From Candidatus Saccharimonadota bacterium (lineage in GTDB: Bacteria > Patescibacteriota > Saccharimonadia > CAILAD01 > BJGX01), in the NCBI GenBank assembly GCA_046350735.1, contig JAXLZU010000001.1, positions 574,297 through 638,296 on the forward strand: DNA of 64,000 nt. Reading direction: 5' to 3'. The notes beneath the pieces are model-generated. The model searched no databases. It worked only from the letters and a program-made list of their open reading frames with translations, and was not told the origin of the DNA. Below are positions 9,841-18,990 of the stretch, in pieces. Position 1 is the first letter of the stretch, and each line of letters opens with the position of its first letter. The position numbers were made by a program, and so were the translations under genes.

Positions 9841-11661
9841 TTATTTTCGTTTGCGCTTGTTGGGATCGAGTTCTTTTTTGCGCAATCTAAGAGACTTGGG
9901 TGTTACTTCTAAGAGTTCATCATCTTCGATAAAGTCTATACATTCTTCGAGACTAAAAATAGTTGGTGGCATGAGTTGCACTACACCGTCAGAAGAGCTG
10001 GTACGCATGTTAGTAAGTTGTTTACCCTTACACACGTTAATTTCCATATCTTCCTGGCGGTTGTTAAGACCAATTATCTGGCCAGCATAGACTTTTACGC
10101 CAGGGCCAACAAAAGCAATTCCGCGTTCTTCGGCCTTTTGCAAAGCATATGCAGTGGTAGCGCCAGTTTCGAAAGAAATAAGTGCACCATTGCGCAATTG
10201 ACTAAGTGGTGAGCCCATTGGTTGGTATCCAGTCATAAGACTATTCAGTACCGCCTCGCCTTTAGTGCTGGTCATAAGTATTCCTCTTAGACCTAGCAAC
10301 GCTCGGGTTGGTAACTCGTATACCAATTTGGTAACACCTTTTGGGCTAGCAAATTGTTCTTTGAGTGTTGCCCGGCGTTGGCCTAGCTCCATCTGCACCG
10401 CACCAACATACTCGGCCGGCACTTCTACAATAAGTTCTTCTATGGGCTCCATCGTTACGTCATCTTCTTGTTTGGTAACAACTTGTGGACGACCTACCTC
10501 AAACTCGTAGCCCTCACGGCGTAATGTTTCGATAAGTACACTAAGGTGAAGCTCGCCACGACCACTTACTAAAAAGCCTACATCATGTTGTTCTACAAGC
10601 AAACCAACATTGGTTTCGAGTTCTTTTTGCAACCTATCGCCTATTTGGCGTCCGGTAGTAAAGTCGCCTTCTTTGCCTTTTTCTGGGCTAGTGTTGGGGC
10701 CAAGATAAATCTTAAGCGTAGGTGCCTCTACCTCGAGTACTGGTAGAGCCTCGGGTTTTTCGCTATCGGCAATAGTCTCACCAATTTGCGCTTCGCTAAT
10801 ACCGGTTAGTTGCACAATATTACCCGCAATACCAATGGTTGTTTCGGCGGTCTGTAGACCTTTGCTTTCAAAGATATGGTCTATGGCTGCTTTGGCCTGA
10901 GTACCATCCTTTTTGCAAAGTATCACACTATCACCTGGCTTCACTTGCCCTCGGTTAATTCTACCAATAGCATATTTGCCTTTATAACTATCCCAGCGCA
11001 AAGCGGTAACCAGCATTTGGAATGGACCTTCTAGCTCTACTTGTGGAGCGGGTACTTCATGCACAATTGCATCAAAAATTACCGACAAATCACCGGCAAT
11101 GCTTGGGTCGGCCGGAACTTCCTTCCAGGCTTTAGCCTCTCGGCCAATTGCATAATAGATAGGAAAATGTAGTTGGTCTTCGTGTACGGCAAGCTCTAAG
11201 AACAAATCGGCCAGCTCGTTTTCGACATCTTTTATTCTACTACCTGGTTTATCGATTTTGTTTATCACCACAATTGGCTTTAGTCCACCGGCCAAAGCTT
11301 TTTGCAACACAAACTTGGTTTGCGGCATGGGCCCTTCTTGAGCATCCACTAGCAATAGGCAGCCATCGGCCATATTAAGAGTGCGTTCTACCTCTCCAGA
11401 AAAATCAGCATGTCCTGGAGTATCGATAATATTTATACGATAATCGTCGTGCACAATAGCAGTGGTTTTGGCGGTAATTGTAATACCACGCTCGCGTTCT
11501 TGGTCGCCACTATCCATTATGAGTTCTTGGCCCATTTCGGCCTGGTTGTCACGAAACGTTTGCGATTGCTTTAATAGCCCATCTACCAAAGTAGTCTTAC
11601 CATGGTCTACATGAGCAATAATAGCAATATTACGAATTTTTTGGGGGTCTTGAGTAGTCAT
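9841..11661 (-). CDS. typA: Translational GTPase TypA/BipA
   Basis: IRNIAIIAHVDHGKTT, DTPGHADFSGEVER, GRGELHL, EVTPKSLRLRK. Confidence 0.97.
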   Translation of the reverse strand: MTTQDPQKIRNIAIIAHVDHGKTTLVDGLLKQSQTFRDNQAEMGQELIMDSGDQERERGITITAKTTAIVHDDYRINIIDTPGHADFSGEVERTLNMADGCLLLVDAQEGPMPQTKFVLQKALAGGLKPIVVINKIDKPGSRIKDVENELADLFLELAVHEDQLHFPIYYAIGREAKAWKEVPADPSIAGDLSVIFDAIVHEVPAPQVELEGPFQMLVTALRWDSYKGKYAIGRINRGQVKPGDSVILCKKDGTQAKAAIDHIFESKGLQTAETTIGIAGNIVQLTGISEAQIGETIADSEKPEALPVLEVEAPTLKIYLGPNTSPEKGKEGDFTTGRQIGDRLQKELETNVGLLVEQHDVGFLVSGRGELHLSVLIETLRREGYEFEVGRPQVVTKQEDDVTMEPIEELIVEVPAEYVGAVQMELGQRRATLKEQFASPKGVTKLVYELPTRALLGLRGILMTSTKGEAVLNSLMTGYQPMGSPLSQLRNGALISFETGATTAYALQKAEERGIAFVGPGVKVYAGQIIGLNNRQEDMEINVCKGKQLTNMRTSSSDGVVQLMPPTIFSLEECIDFIEDDELLEVTPKSLRLRKKELDPNKRKRK

Positions 11662-11688
11662 AATGTCCTTATATATAGAGTAAAAATA

Positions 11689-11729
11689 ATAGCGCTTCGG
11701 TCTCAGGTGTGCTGATACCAAAGCGCTAT
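11689..11729 (-). promoter_or_regulatory. Long hairpin plus T-tract in the typA 5' leader
   Basis: Minus strand ATAGCGCTTTGGT-A-TCAG-CACAC-CTGA-G-ACCGAAGCGCTAT followed by TATTTTT, lying between TGCTATAAT and the ATG. Confidence 0.55.
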
Positions 11730-11781
11730 CAATACAAAACTAATTATAGCATAGTTATGCGTAGATTACAATATACTTCTG

Positions 11782-12039
11782 TTACAAACCAAGTATTTGT
11801 TTTTTCTTAGCATCAAACTCTTCTTGAGTAAGAATACCCTCGTCTTTTAGCTGACCAAGCTTCTCGAGCTGAGCAATCTGATCGTCTTGGCTTGGCTGAG
11901 CAGGTGCAGCTTCTACGGCCTGTGCTTGTTCTTGTGCACCCCAACGCTGAGCCTGTCTACGACTAACATTATTTGATACCGCGGTGGCAGTACCGGCAAT
12001 TACGGCTGTTCGGGCCATTCCTCGTAATAATCCTGGCAT
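11782..12039 (-). CDS. SHOCT domain protein
   Basis: ARTAVIAGTATAVS N-terminus; LEKLGQLKDEGILTQEEFDAKKKQIL. Confidence 0.9.
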   Translation of the reverse strand: MPGLLRGMARTAVIAGTATAVSNNVSRRQAQRWGAQEQAQAVEAAPAQPSQDDQIAQLEKLGQLKDEGILTQEEFDAKKKQILGL

Positions 12040-12041
12040 TG

Positions 12042-12458
12042 TTATTCTCCTTTAGTATTTAATTCTTTTTCGGCATCTGGGTGAATGCGACCTTCGGCAA
12101 TCAACTCTCCACCGGCATCAATAATGGCTTTCTTTAGCCCTTTTGCCCAAAGGTGCTCTATTACCAATAGCCCAGCTGAGCTACCGTTCTCTAATAAATC
12201 CGCAACTTCGGCAATATCATCATCAGAAATCATGCCCGAGCTGATATTTTTGGCTTTGGCAAATTCTGCAATTACTGTGTCGTCAATTTGGCTCAGCTCG
12301 AGTGAAGTTACCTCGCCTTTAGCGTCTTTCATTACCAAAGCAAGATCGAGCACAGCTATAGTGCCGTCGCTAGTGGCTTTTTCGAGCGCCTTTAGAATAT
12401 CACCATTAAATTTGTTTTCTTTAAACCCGACAATAATAAAATCGATTGGTCCACGCAT
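12042..12458 (-). CDS. DUF6325/DUF1269-like protein
   Basis: MRGPIDFIIVGF, IAVLDL, LLVIEHLWA, GGELIAEGRI; SD AAGGAG. Confidence 0.8.
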   Translation of the reverse strand: MRGPIDFIIVGFKENKFNGDILKALEKATSDGTIAVLDLALVMKDAKGEVTSLELSQIDDTVIAEFAKAKNISSGMISDDDIAEVADLLENGSSAGLLVIEHLWAKGLKKAIIDAGGELIAEGRIHPDAEKELNTKGE

Positions 12459-12516
12459 AAATTTCTCCTTTACGTTTATTCTAATATTATACCAGAGCAC
12501 ACTATCTATATGGTAT

Positions 12517-12548
12517 AAAAAAGACCTTTATCAATGTTGATAAAGGTC
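12517..12548 (-). terminator. Intrinsic terminator of ORFan cassette 12561-13211
   Basis: Perfect 11-bp stem gacctttatca/tgataaaggtc with T6 on the minus strand. Confidence 0.85.
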
Positions 12549-12560
12549 GTAACGCAACAA

Positions 12561-13211
12561 TTAGAGAAGCTCTTGATTAACTAAGGCAAACCAAGCGGGA
12601 TGACTTAAGCCCATATCATAAATTGCAATAGTAGCAGTTTCATGAATCGAAAAACCAGGCACGTCACTCAATTTTTCACTCATAATTTTGTGGTTAGCAA
12701 TTGCAAAAAGCAATGATATACCACTTTCATCAAGTGGCATATTGTACCCATTTTCGTACAAAAATTCGAGATATGAGTTAGCTAAATTTCTCACCTGTTG
12801 ACTTAATTGCCGCTCAAGTGCTAGCTCTTCTTCAATTTCAGCAAGAAGTTCTTGCATATCAGCATCAGTTACAATCCCTGCACCAGAAAATTCTAGTTCT
12901 ACTAGATCTAGCCAGGGCCCGAAATTGAAATGTGTTCCAATAAGAAGCTTTTGAGCTTCTCTTTTTGGGTTAGGGTGTGGAAGCATAGACGTAATCAATT
13001 TCATTCCGGCCAAAGCATTACAGATTGTTGTGTTTTTCTCACGCTCAATAACTAGTTCTAGCGGCAAATCTGGGTTACTATCAAAATGAATACCATGACC
13101 GGCTAAAAATAGTTGATACTTACTACACAAATCTACATACTCAGTCTGATTAGCAACTCTATTTTGCAACTGCTGAAGACTCGCTTCAAACTCATCATCA
13201 TCTACTGGCAT
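12561..13211 (-). CDS. Hypothetical acidic ORFan (GTACC-leader cassette)
   Basis: 216-aa ORF; GAGGAG 5 nt before ATG 13211; own promoter and terminator. Confidence 0.75.
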   Translation of the reverse strand: MPVDDDEFEASLQQLQNRVANQTEYVDLCSKYQLFLAGHGIHFDSNPDLPLELVIEREKNTTICNALAGMKLITSMLPHPNPKREAQKLLIGTHFNFGPWLDLVELEFSGAGIVTDADMQELLAEIEEELALERQLSQQVRNLANSYLEFLYENGYNMPLDESGISLLFAIANHKIMSEKLSDVPGFSIHETATIAIYDMGLSHPAWFALVNQELL

Positions 13212-13216
13212 ATGCA

Positions 13217-13281
13217 CTCCTCTAGGTTGGAAGGTACGAAAAAAGTAGTGATACTATATCATAAATTAATGTTTGGTACAA
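13217..13281 (-). promoter_or_regulatory. Sigma70 promoter + GTACCTTC leader motif + SD
   Basis: TTGTAC-17-TATAGT (extended TG), 15 nt, GTACCTTC (13230-13237), GAGGAG. Confidence 0.75.
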
Positions 13282-13284
13282 GCA

Positions 13285-14907
13285 TTATAGATTTGGTTCT
13301 AGAGCATTTGGCCCTGGCTTCACCTTGGGTAGCTTAACTGTTGCTACTAAGCCCAGAAGACTCAAAACACCAAACAACAAGAATACTCTACTTAGAGCCG
13401 TTTGCCTGGCCTGAGCATTAATTTCTACCACTTCGTTTGAGAGATCTGGCGGCAAGCTAGCTGTAGCCGCTTCTACTTGTGCATTAGAAGCAATTTGGGC
13501 ATTTTGCTGATACGCCGCAGTAAGTTGAGCCTTTTGGGTATCATTTAGTTGCGTATTTTGGTTAATGAGCTGAGTACTCACCCCAAGAAGAGAGATAATA
13601 AGCAACACACCGCTAAGTGCGGTACCAAGACTCATACCAAGATTCTGAAACGTTGCCATGAGCCCCGATGTTTCTGAAGCATCTTTTAGCTCTACCGAGC
13701 TTTGTACCAAGTTTTGCAACTGCGACATAATAATACCAATACCTGCACCGGCTACCGCAATGCCAGGAACCAACGCCCAGCCAGAAGTTGCGTTCTTGCC
13801 AAATAATCCTAGTAAGACAGCGCCAATAAATACCAAAATAAAACCACCTCGTACAATATAGCGTGGTGCAAACTTGGCTGCCATTATGGCACCCCGGCTA
13901 GCCAAAATCATAATCATTATTGACATTGGCAACAATGTAAGACCAGACAGAATAGCACTATACCCTAAGTTAACCTGGGTGTAGAGTGCCATAGCATACA
14001 TGGTGCCACCCATTATTAAATAGAGAGTTAAAATAGAGCCAAGGCCAGACTGCACTATTTGGTTGCCAAACAATCGTAAGTGTACCAGTACGTCTTTTTT
14101 GGCTTTTTGACGATGTATCTCCCACAGTACAAATATTCCAAGTATTACCAGCCCTCCCAACACAAACAGGATAGATGGCGAAACTTGCCCGGCCTGCAGC
14201 ACAACGTCGTTACCTATAGAAAATGGTACTCGTGCCCTAAAGAACCCATAGGTATTAGCGAGCAATATACCTTGCACAATTACAAACATACCTGCAGCGG
14301 TTAGGCCAGCACCCAGCCAGTCGAGCTTGGGCTTTTTACCTACTAAGTGAGCATCTTGAATAGTCTTATTATTTATAAGAATAAACAGCACAATTAGTAC
14401 TTCGCCGGCAAATACATATCGCCAACTGGCATATGTAGTGAGCAAACCACCAATAATTGGCCCGATTGCAGCACCTATAGCGGCCATCGCCGCCAAGTTG
14501 CCATAGGCTTTTACCCGTTTGGGGCCTTTCTCGAAGTTAGCCGAAATAAGCGAGATCATCGCTGGCACCACTAATGCTGCACCCAACCCTTCTAAAAACG
14601 ACCAGCCAAAGGTAAGCACCTGAATATTTGGAGCCAGCGAGGTAATAAGCGAGCCAGTACCATAAATACACAGACCAATAATAAAGGCTTTTTTGCGGCC
14701 AATAATATCACCAATTTTTGCCCCAGCTATCATAAAGGCCGCCATTACCAAGGTATAGAAGGCTATTGCGCTCTGTACGGCACCAACAGTAGTATTAAGG
14801 TCTTTTACAAGCGTGCTTATACTGACGTTCATTACCGTCGAGTCGAGCGTAAGTATTAGCTGCGCCATAGCCAATAATAATAGTACTTTTTTCTCTAGTG
14901 GCTTCAT
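13285..14907 (-). CDS. MFS transporter, DHA2 (14-TM) type
   Basis: LDSTVMNVS, GAKIGDIIGRKK, GPIIGGLLT..SWR. Confidence 0.92.
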   Translation of the reverse strand: MKPLEKKVLLLLAMAQLILTLDSTVMNVSISTLVKDLNTTVGAVQSAIAFYTLVMAAFMIAGAKIGDIIGRKKAFIIGLCIYGTGSLITSLAPNIQVLTFGWSFLEGLGAALVVPAMISLISANFEKGPKRVKAYGNLAAMAAIGAAIGPIIGGLLTTYASWRYVFAGEVLIVLFILINNKTIQDAHLVGKKPKLDWLGAGLTAAGMFVIVQGILLANTYGFFRARVPFSIGNDVVLQAGQVSPSILFVLGGLVILGIFVLWEIHRQKAKKDVLVHLRLFGNQIVQSGLGSILTLYLIMGGTMYAMALYTQVNLGYSAILSGLTLLPMSIMIMILASRGAIMAAKFAPRYIVRGGFILVFIGAVLLGLFGKNATSGWALVPGIAVAGAGIGIIMSQLQNLVQSSVELKDASETSGLMATFQNLGMSLGTALSGVLLIISLLGVSTQLINQNTQLNDTQKAQLTAAYQQNAQIASNAQVEAATASLPPDLSNEVVEINAQARQTALSRVFLLFGVLSLLGLVATVKLPKVKPGPNALEPNL

Positions 14908-14955
14908 ATTCTTATAGTATACCAGATATCAAATAATTTTTACCAGATACATTAC

Positions 14956-15723
14956 CTATGGTCTTAGCGTACCGGCAAATACTTGCCAGGCCAGAGCCGA
15001 CTTAGCTACCAAGCTAAGAATAATGTATACTCGCTCGCCAAAAAGGTAGTTCTTCCATGGTCCCCACTTTTTGTATTGCAAGAACATATTGAGAGCAAAG
15101 CAGTTAAAGAAGATAAAGATACTTACATATATCCAGTAGACAAAGGTTGGAATCTGTCCGCTTCCATACGCCGAGCTAGCCCAGAACGACAAACCAATTA
15201 CTACCCATGGCACAATACCAGCAATACAGCCCACAATATAACTTATCCATTTGGTCTTCTGAGTAGTCTGATTATGAATTTCCATAACAAGACCGCAGAG
15301 GTTCATAACAGCTACCAAACTAAAGAGCATTATAAGGCTTCCGAGGTCGTAAATACCTACTAGCATAGCAATAGCCACTATCATGGTAGAGGCTGAGACA
15401 CTGTATTCTATCCATCGTGCCCTATTCATACCCTTGCTAAGGTCTTTTTTGTACTTGGGGTACCAAATAGTAGATATTATTAGATGCGCTGTCATACTCA
15501 TCAGTAAGAAGCCAATTATCAACCAAGCAAGTGGTAAATTATAGATTACCTTGGTGGCCGGCTCTAGGCTCTGAGTGAGCCGATTAAATGTTAGGTAACT
15601 TACCGATACCGGTAGGGTAAATTTCTTGGCCAGTAACCACATGGCTAGGGCTTGCAAGCCAAATATTGGCACCATTATGGCATTAAATTTACGTAAGCTT
15701 TCTGCAGTAATCTTCTTACTCAT
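14956..15723 (-). CDS. heR: Heliorhodopsin
   Basis: NRARWIEYSVSAS (counterion Glu), YIILSLVAKSALAWQVF (retinal Lys), TAHL His; 7 TM. Confidence 0.95.
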   Translation of the reverse strand: MSKKITAESLRKFNAIMVPIFGLQALAMWLLAKKFTLPVSVSYLTFNRLTQSLEPATKVIYNLPLAWLIIGFLLMSMTAHLIISTIWYPKYKKDLSKGMNRARWIEYSVSASTMIVAIAMLVGIYDLGSLIMLFSLVAVMNLCGLVMEIHNQTTQKTKWISYIVGCIAGIVPWVVIGLSFWASSAYGSGQIPTFVYWIYVSIFIFFNCFALNMFLQYKKWGPWKNYLFGERVYIILSLVAKSALAWQVFAGTLRP

Positions 15724-15762
15724 GGCTGTCCTTTTTATATTAATTCTTATGCTTATTATAGC

Positions 15763-16263
15763 CTATAGTGTTCGACTATCATAGGCCCAATGCAACAATG
15801 CCTGGCGCTGCACCGGACGGCAATTGAGCTCGCCAATAGGACAGGCTTTTTGTAGTTGCACCACATGCCGGCGAATATTGCGCCAGCGCCCAATTTGCCA
15901 GGCATCGTATTCTGGAATACGTCGTCCCATATAATAGCGGCAATACCACTGAAACCATCCTCTTGGGTCGTACTCTTCGCGTATCCACCCTTTCTCGAGC
16001 CACACCTGTCTTGGCTGGCTGGCTTTAACACCAAAGTAATTAAGATCTTTATTATAGGTTTTACTCAGCTTAGCCTTAGCCCACCAGCTCTTTGGCAAAT
16101 CACTCGGTGTATCGGCAAAATACTCGCCACCAAATACACCTAGCTCTAACATCTCTTTTGGCGTTAGCTGTGGCATAAACTCGGCAGCAAAGTTTTTGCC
16201 TTCTGGCTCGCTTAGGGTATACCGAAACTCTCCAAATTTGTCCGTGCCCTCAATGTGCTTCAT
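15763..16263 (-). CDS. Conserved hypothetical protein (GWFQWYCRYY family)
   Basis: TPKEMLELGVFGGEYF, DPRGWFQWYCRYYMGRR, RQALLHWAYD: a recognisable widespread uncharacterised family. Confidence 0.85.
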   Translation of the reverse strand: MKHIEGTDKFGEFRYTLSEPEGKNFAAEFMPQLTPKEMLELGVFGGEYFADTPSDLPKSWWAKAKLSKTYNKDLNYFGVKASQPRQVWLEKGWIREEYDPRGWFQWYCRYYMGRRIPEYDAWQIGRWRNIRRHVVQLQKACPIGELNCRPVQRQALLHWAYDSRTL

Positions 16264-16820
16264 GTACGTAAGCCTTTATAAAACTGTCGAAACGCCGGAT
16301 TCTTTTCGAGCAAGCCAGTTTCTTCTACACACCATTCCGAATACGCATTTGGCTGTTTTACTTCTGCCACAAAATCAGCCCAATCTACCCAGCGAGTGGC
16401 TGCTACTTCGTCAGCATTCGCTTTTGGCTTGGCATCTGTTTGTACTACAAATACCGGGCAAAATTCGTGTTCTACTACCCCCTTGTGCTCATAGCGATAC
16501 ATATAGCTTGGTTCAAAAACAATAATGTCTTTGCTATTAAGTGCTATACCAAGTTCGTAGTTGGCTCGGCGCACCGCCGCAGCCTGCGCAGTTTCTGCCT
16601 TTGCTGGGTGACCACATACCGAATTACTCCAAACACCTGGCCACGTCTTTTTACTCATAGCGCGTTGCTGCAAGAGCAACTGCCCTCGCGAATTAAAAAT
16701 AAATAGCGAAAACCCTCTGTGCAGTGGTGTATCATTGGTGTGCACAGTGGCTTTGTCGGCCAAGCCGAGTTCTCTATTTTGAGCATCTACCAAAACTACT
16801 TGTTCTTTTGGTGCTTTCAT
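16260..16820 (-). CDS. idi: Isopentenyl-diphosphate isomerase type 1
   Basis: LHRGFSLFIFN, LLQQRA..KKTWPGVWSNSVCGHP, EHEFCPVF. Confidence 0.95.
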   Translation of the reverse strand: MKAPKEQVVLVDAQNRELGLADKATVHTNDTPLHRGFSLFIFNSRGQLLLQQRAMSKKTWPGVWSNSVCGHPAKAETAQAAAVRRANYELGIALNSKDIIVFEPSYMYRYEHKGVVEHEFCPVFVVQTDAKPKANADEVAATRWVDWADFVAEVKQPNAYSEWCVEETGLLEKNPAFRQFYKGLRT

Positions 16821-16868
16821 ATTTTTTTAGTATAGCATGTATACTACCTAGTTGATGGTTAAATAATA

Positions 16869-16920
16869 TTGCCAATATATACCATATATGCTATAGTACC
16901 TCGAGTTGTACCTAGAGGAG
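16869..16920 (+). promoter_or_regulatory. Sigma70 promoter + GTACCTAG motif + SD
   Basis: TTGCCA-17-TATAGT (TG ext.), 10 nt, GTACCTAG (16908-16915), AGGAG. Confidence 0.75.
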
Positions 16921-16925
16921 ATGAG

Positions 16926-17420
16926 ATGGACGAAGAAGAACCAGAAGAATTAACATTTACTGATATCATTGAGTCGTGCTTCTTTAATGTCGTTATCGAT
17001 TTTCCAAACAAACTTCTACCAAGAATTCGTATTTTTACCTACGAAGACGATGACGACGGCGTAAAGGTTCCGTTTTTGCTTTATCAGATGGGCGAAGAAC
17101 TCAACAGCAAATTTGCGCTAAGCCGTCCTCATCTACTATCGTCGGCTCAAGCACGACGGTACGAAAGCGCCGCACAGCCAGTGAGTGAGTTAGCACTTGG
17201 TGTAGCATCTGCTGCAACCATTGTCTATGAGTGGGCCGAAAAGTTCGAGCAAATCATTGGCGAGCCGTTGTTTCCTACACCAATATCAATTTCTCATATG
17301 GTTATCAACAACGTTATGGCAGAAATGTGCTTTGCTCATGGTATTTTCTACGTCAAACGCAACCTTAGTGTTACCGTCACAAAACCCGAAGAAGAATACC
17401 GCCCTGGTATTTACCTCTAA
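16926..17420 (+). CDS. Hypothetical acidic ORFan (GTACC-leader cassette)
   Basis: ATG 16926 after GAGGAG (MDEEEPEE...); own terminator. Confidence 0.75.
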   Translation: MDEEEPEELTFTDIIESCFFNVVIDFPNKLLPRIRIFTYEDDDDGVKVPFLLYQMGEELNSKFALSRPHLLSSAQARRYESAAQPVSELALGVASAATIVYEWAEKFEQIIGEPLFPTPISISHMVINNVMAEMCFAHGIFYVKRNLSVTVTKPEEEYRPGIYL

Positions 17421-17430
17421 CCATAACTTC

Positions 17431-17452
17431 CCCCGCCACCGGCGGGGTTTTT
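17431..17452 (+). terminator. Intrinsic terminator
   Basis: ccccgcc-acc-ggcgggg-ttttt. Confidence 0.88.
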
Positions 17453-17502
17453 ACATATCTTTTAGCTTGCGCAAAGCGCTAATGTTTGCCACCATAGTAG
17501 GT

Positions 17503-17898
17503 ATGAACAATAGCCTTGGCATGGTACAAAAGATTGGCGCCCTAGTAGATTTATTAGGAGCTATTACTATCGCTCTTGGCATTCTTATCTCTACTCTTGC
17601 CGTGGTATGGCACTTTATACGCCGCATGCGCGGCGAAAAACTCTACGATGGGTACCGCAAAGACCTGGCCCGCTCTATTTTGCTTGGCTTAGAGTTTTTG
17701 GTAGCTGGCGATATTATTCGCACCGTATCTAGCCAAGTAAGTATTGCCAGTGTGGTAGCACTAGCCGGCATTGTAGCTATACGATCGTTCTTGGGTATGG
17801 AGTTTGAGATGGAGCTAACCGGCAAGTGGCCATGGCAGCGCAAGATTACCAAAGTAAAGAGACGCAAAAAGCCAGTTGCTAAGAAGAAGCGTCGCTAA
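17503..17898 (+). CDS. DUF1622 membrane protein
   Basis: YRKDLARSILLGLEFLVAGDIIRTV, IVAIRSFL...E.TGKWPWQ. Confidence 0.88.
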   Translation: MNNSLGMVQKIGALVDLLGAITIALGILISTLAVVWHFIRRMRGEKLYDGYRKDLARSILLGLEFLVAGDIIRTVSSQVSIASVVALAGIVAIRSFLGMEFEMELTGKWPWQRKITKVKRRKKPVAKKKRR

Positions 17899-17901
17899 GC
17901 C

Positions 17902-18282
17902 TTAGTGACTTGCATGCTCGGCTTCGGCAGCTTCGGCATCGGCCTTGGTTGCGTGTACTGTGCCGGCAGGATGATGTGGTGGGCTATAAGTAGTAATTAT
18001 CTTCATTGGCGCATCGCCTACGGTAGTAAAGTTGTGCTCGGTGCCAGCTGGTACTAGCACAGCATCGCCTTCGTTAAACTCACTTTTTTCGCCATTTAGC
18101 ACTACTTCACCTTTACCACTAACAAGGTAGAGAACTTGGTCGTTATCTGGGTGGGTCTCGAGGCCAATATCTTCGCCCGGATTAATATGCATTACCACTA
18201 TCTGCGTGTGCTTACCATTAGCCAATACTGTACGAAACGTTGTGTTGTTAAGAGCTTGTTGTTTGAGATCTTTAAGATGCAT
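17902..18282 (-). CDS. Cupin domain protein
   Basis: IGLETHPDNDQVL, VPAGTEHNF, YSPPHHP. Confidence 0.9.
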   Translation of the reverse strand: MHLKDLKQQALNNTTFRTVLANGKHTQIVVMHINPGEDIGLETHPDNDQVLYLVSGKGEVVLNGEKSEFNEGDAVLVPAGTEHNFTTVGDAPMKIITTYSPPHHPAGTVHATKADAEAAEAEHASH

Positions 18283-18360
18283 ACTACTTCTCCTTGTTTA
18301 TAGTTCTATTATACACCCCGTATCAGTTGTATAGCGAATTGGCTAACTAATACAAGAAAA

Positions 18361-18990
18361 CTATTCTATATTTTTTGAGGACTCAAAAATTTTAGAAACT
18401 AAACTTTTTCGTGCGTAAAATGCCCGACTAACGGAACCGTGTCCTGGTCCTTTAGTCCTAGCCTGAATCCATTTACCATCCCTACCTGTTAACGATTCGA
18501 AACCCTGTTTAAGTAATTTATTTCTAATAAACTCATAATCTTCTTGGATTTCCTTAATCAAGTCATCATCCTCTAAAAAATCCATACTAGTCACATCTAA
18601 CAAGATTGAATCTTCAGCATTTTTACCTGTCCACTCTACCGCACAAAAAACTAATGATTTTAACTTTGCCCAGCAGTGACTATCAAAAAAGGGATCAGTT
18701 GCAAGTTCAGAGGGATTAATCATAGTTATAGCCATAGTTTCTTTCGGCACAAGCTTACCTTTTACCCTGTAGAAGCTGACAGATTTTAATTCATAAGATA
18801 GGCCATTTGGTGCTTTATGCGAATTATTTGTTAAACCTGCCAATCTTTCAAGTACAAGTCCTTTCCAGCCTTTATTCTGATTTCCGGTTTCGAAAGTAGT
18901 AATACCTAATTCTAGAGCTAATTCTCTGAGATTTTGATTTATATACTTTCTAAGATTTTCAATCGCAACTGTACGAGTGACAATTTTCAT
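18361..18990 (-). CDS. MutH/Sau3AI family endonuclease (single domain)
   Basis: NKGWKGLVLERLAG, ELKS, PKETMAITMIN, IQARTKG, RAFYARKS. Confidence 0.85.
   Translation of the reverse strand: MKIVTRTVAIENLRKYINQNLRELALELGITTFETGNQNKGWKGLVLERLAGLTNNSHKAPNGLSYELKSVSFYRVKGKLVPKETMAITMINPSELATDPFFDSHCWAKLKSLVFCAVEWTGKNAEDSILLDVTSMDFLEDDDLIKEIQEDYEFIRNKLLKQGFESLTGRDGKWIQARTKGPGHGSVSRAFYARKSLVSKIFESSKNIE

Noticed and set aside
17221-17502. N-terminal extension of the DUF1622 ORF
   Set aside because: Overlaps the upstream gene and crosses its terminator; the domain starts near ATG 17503.
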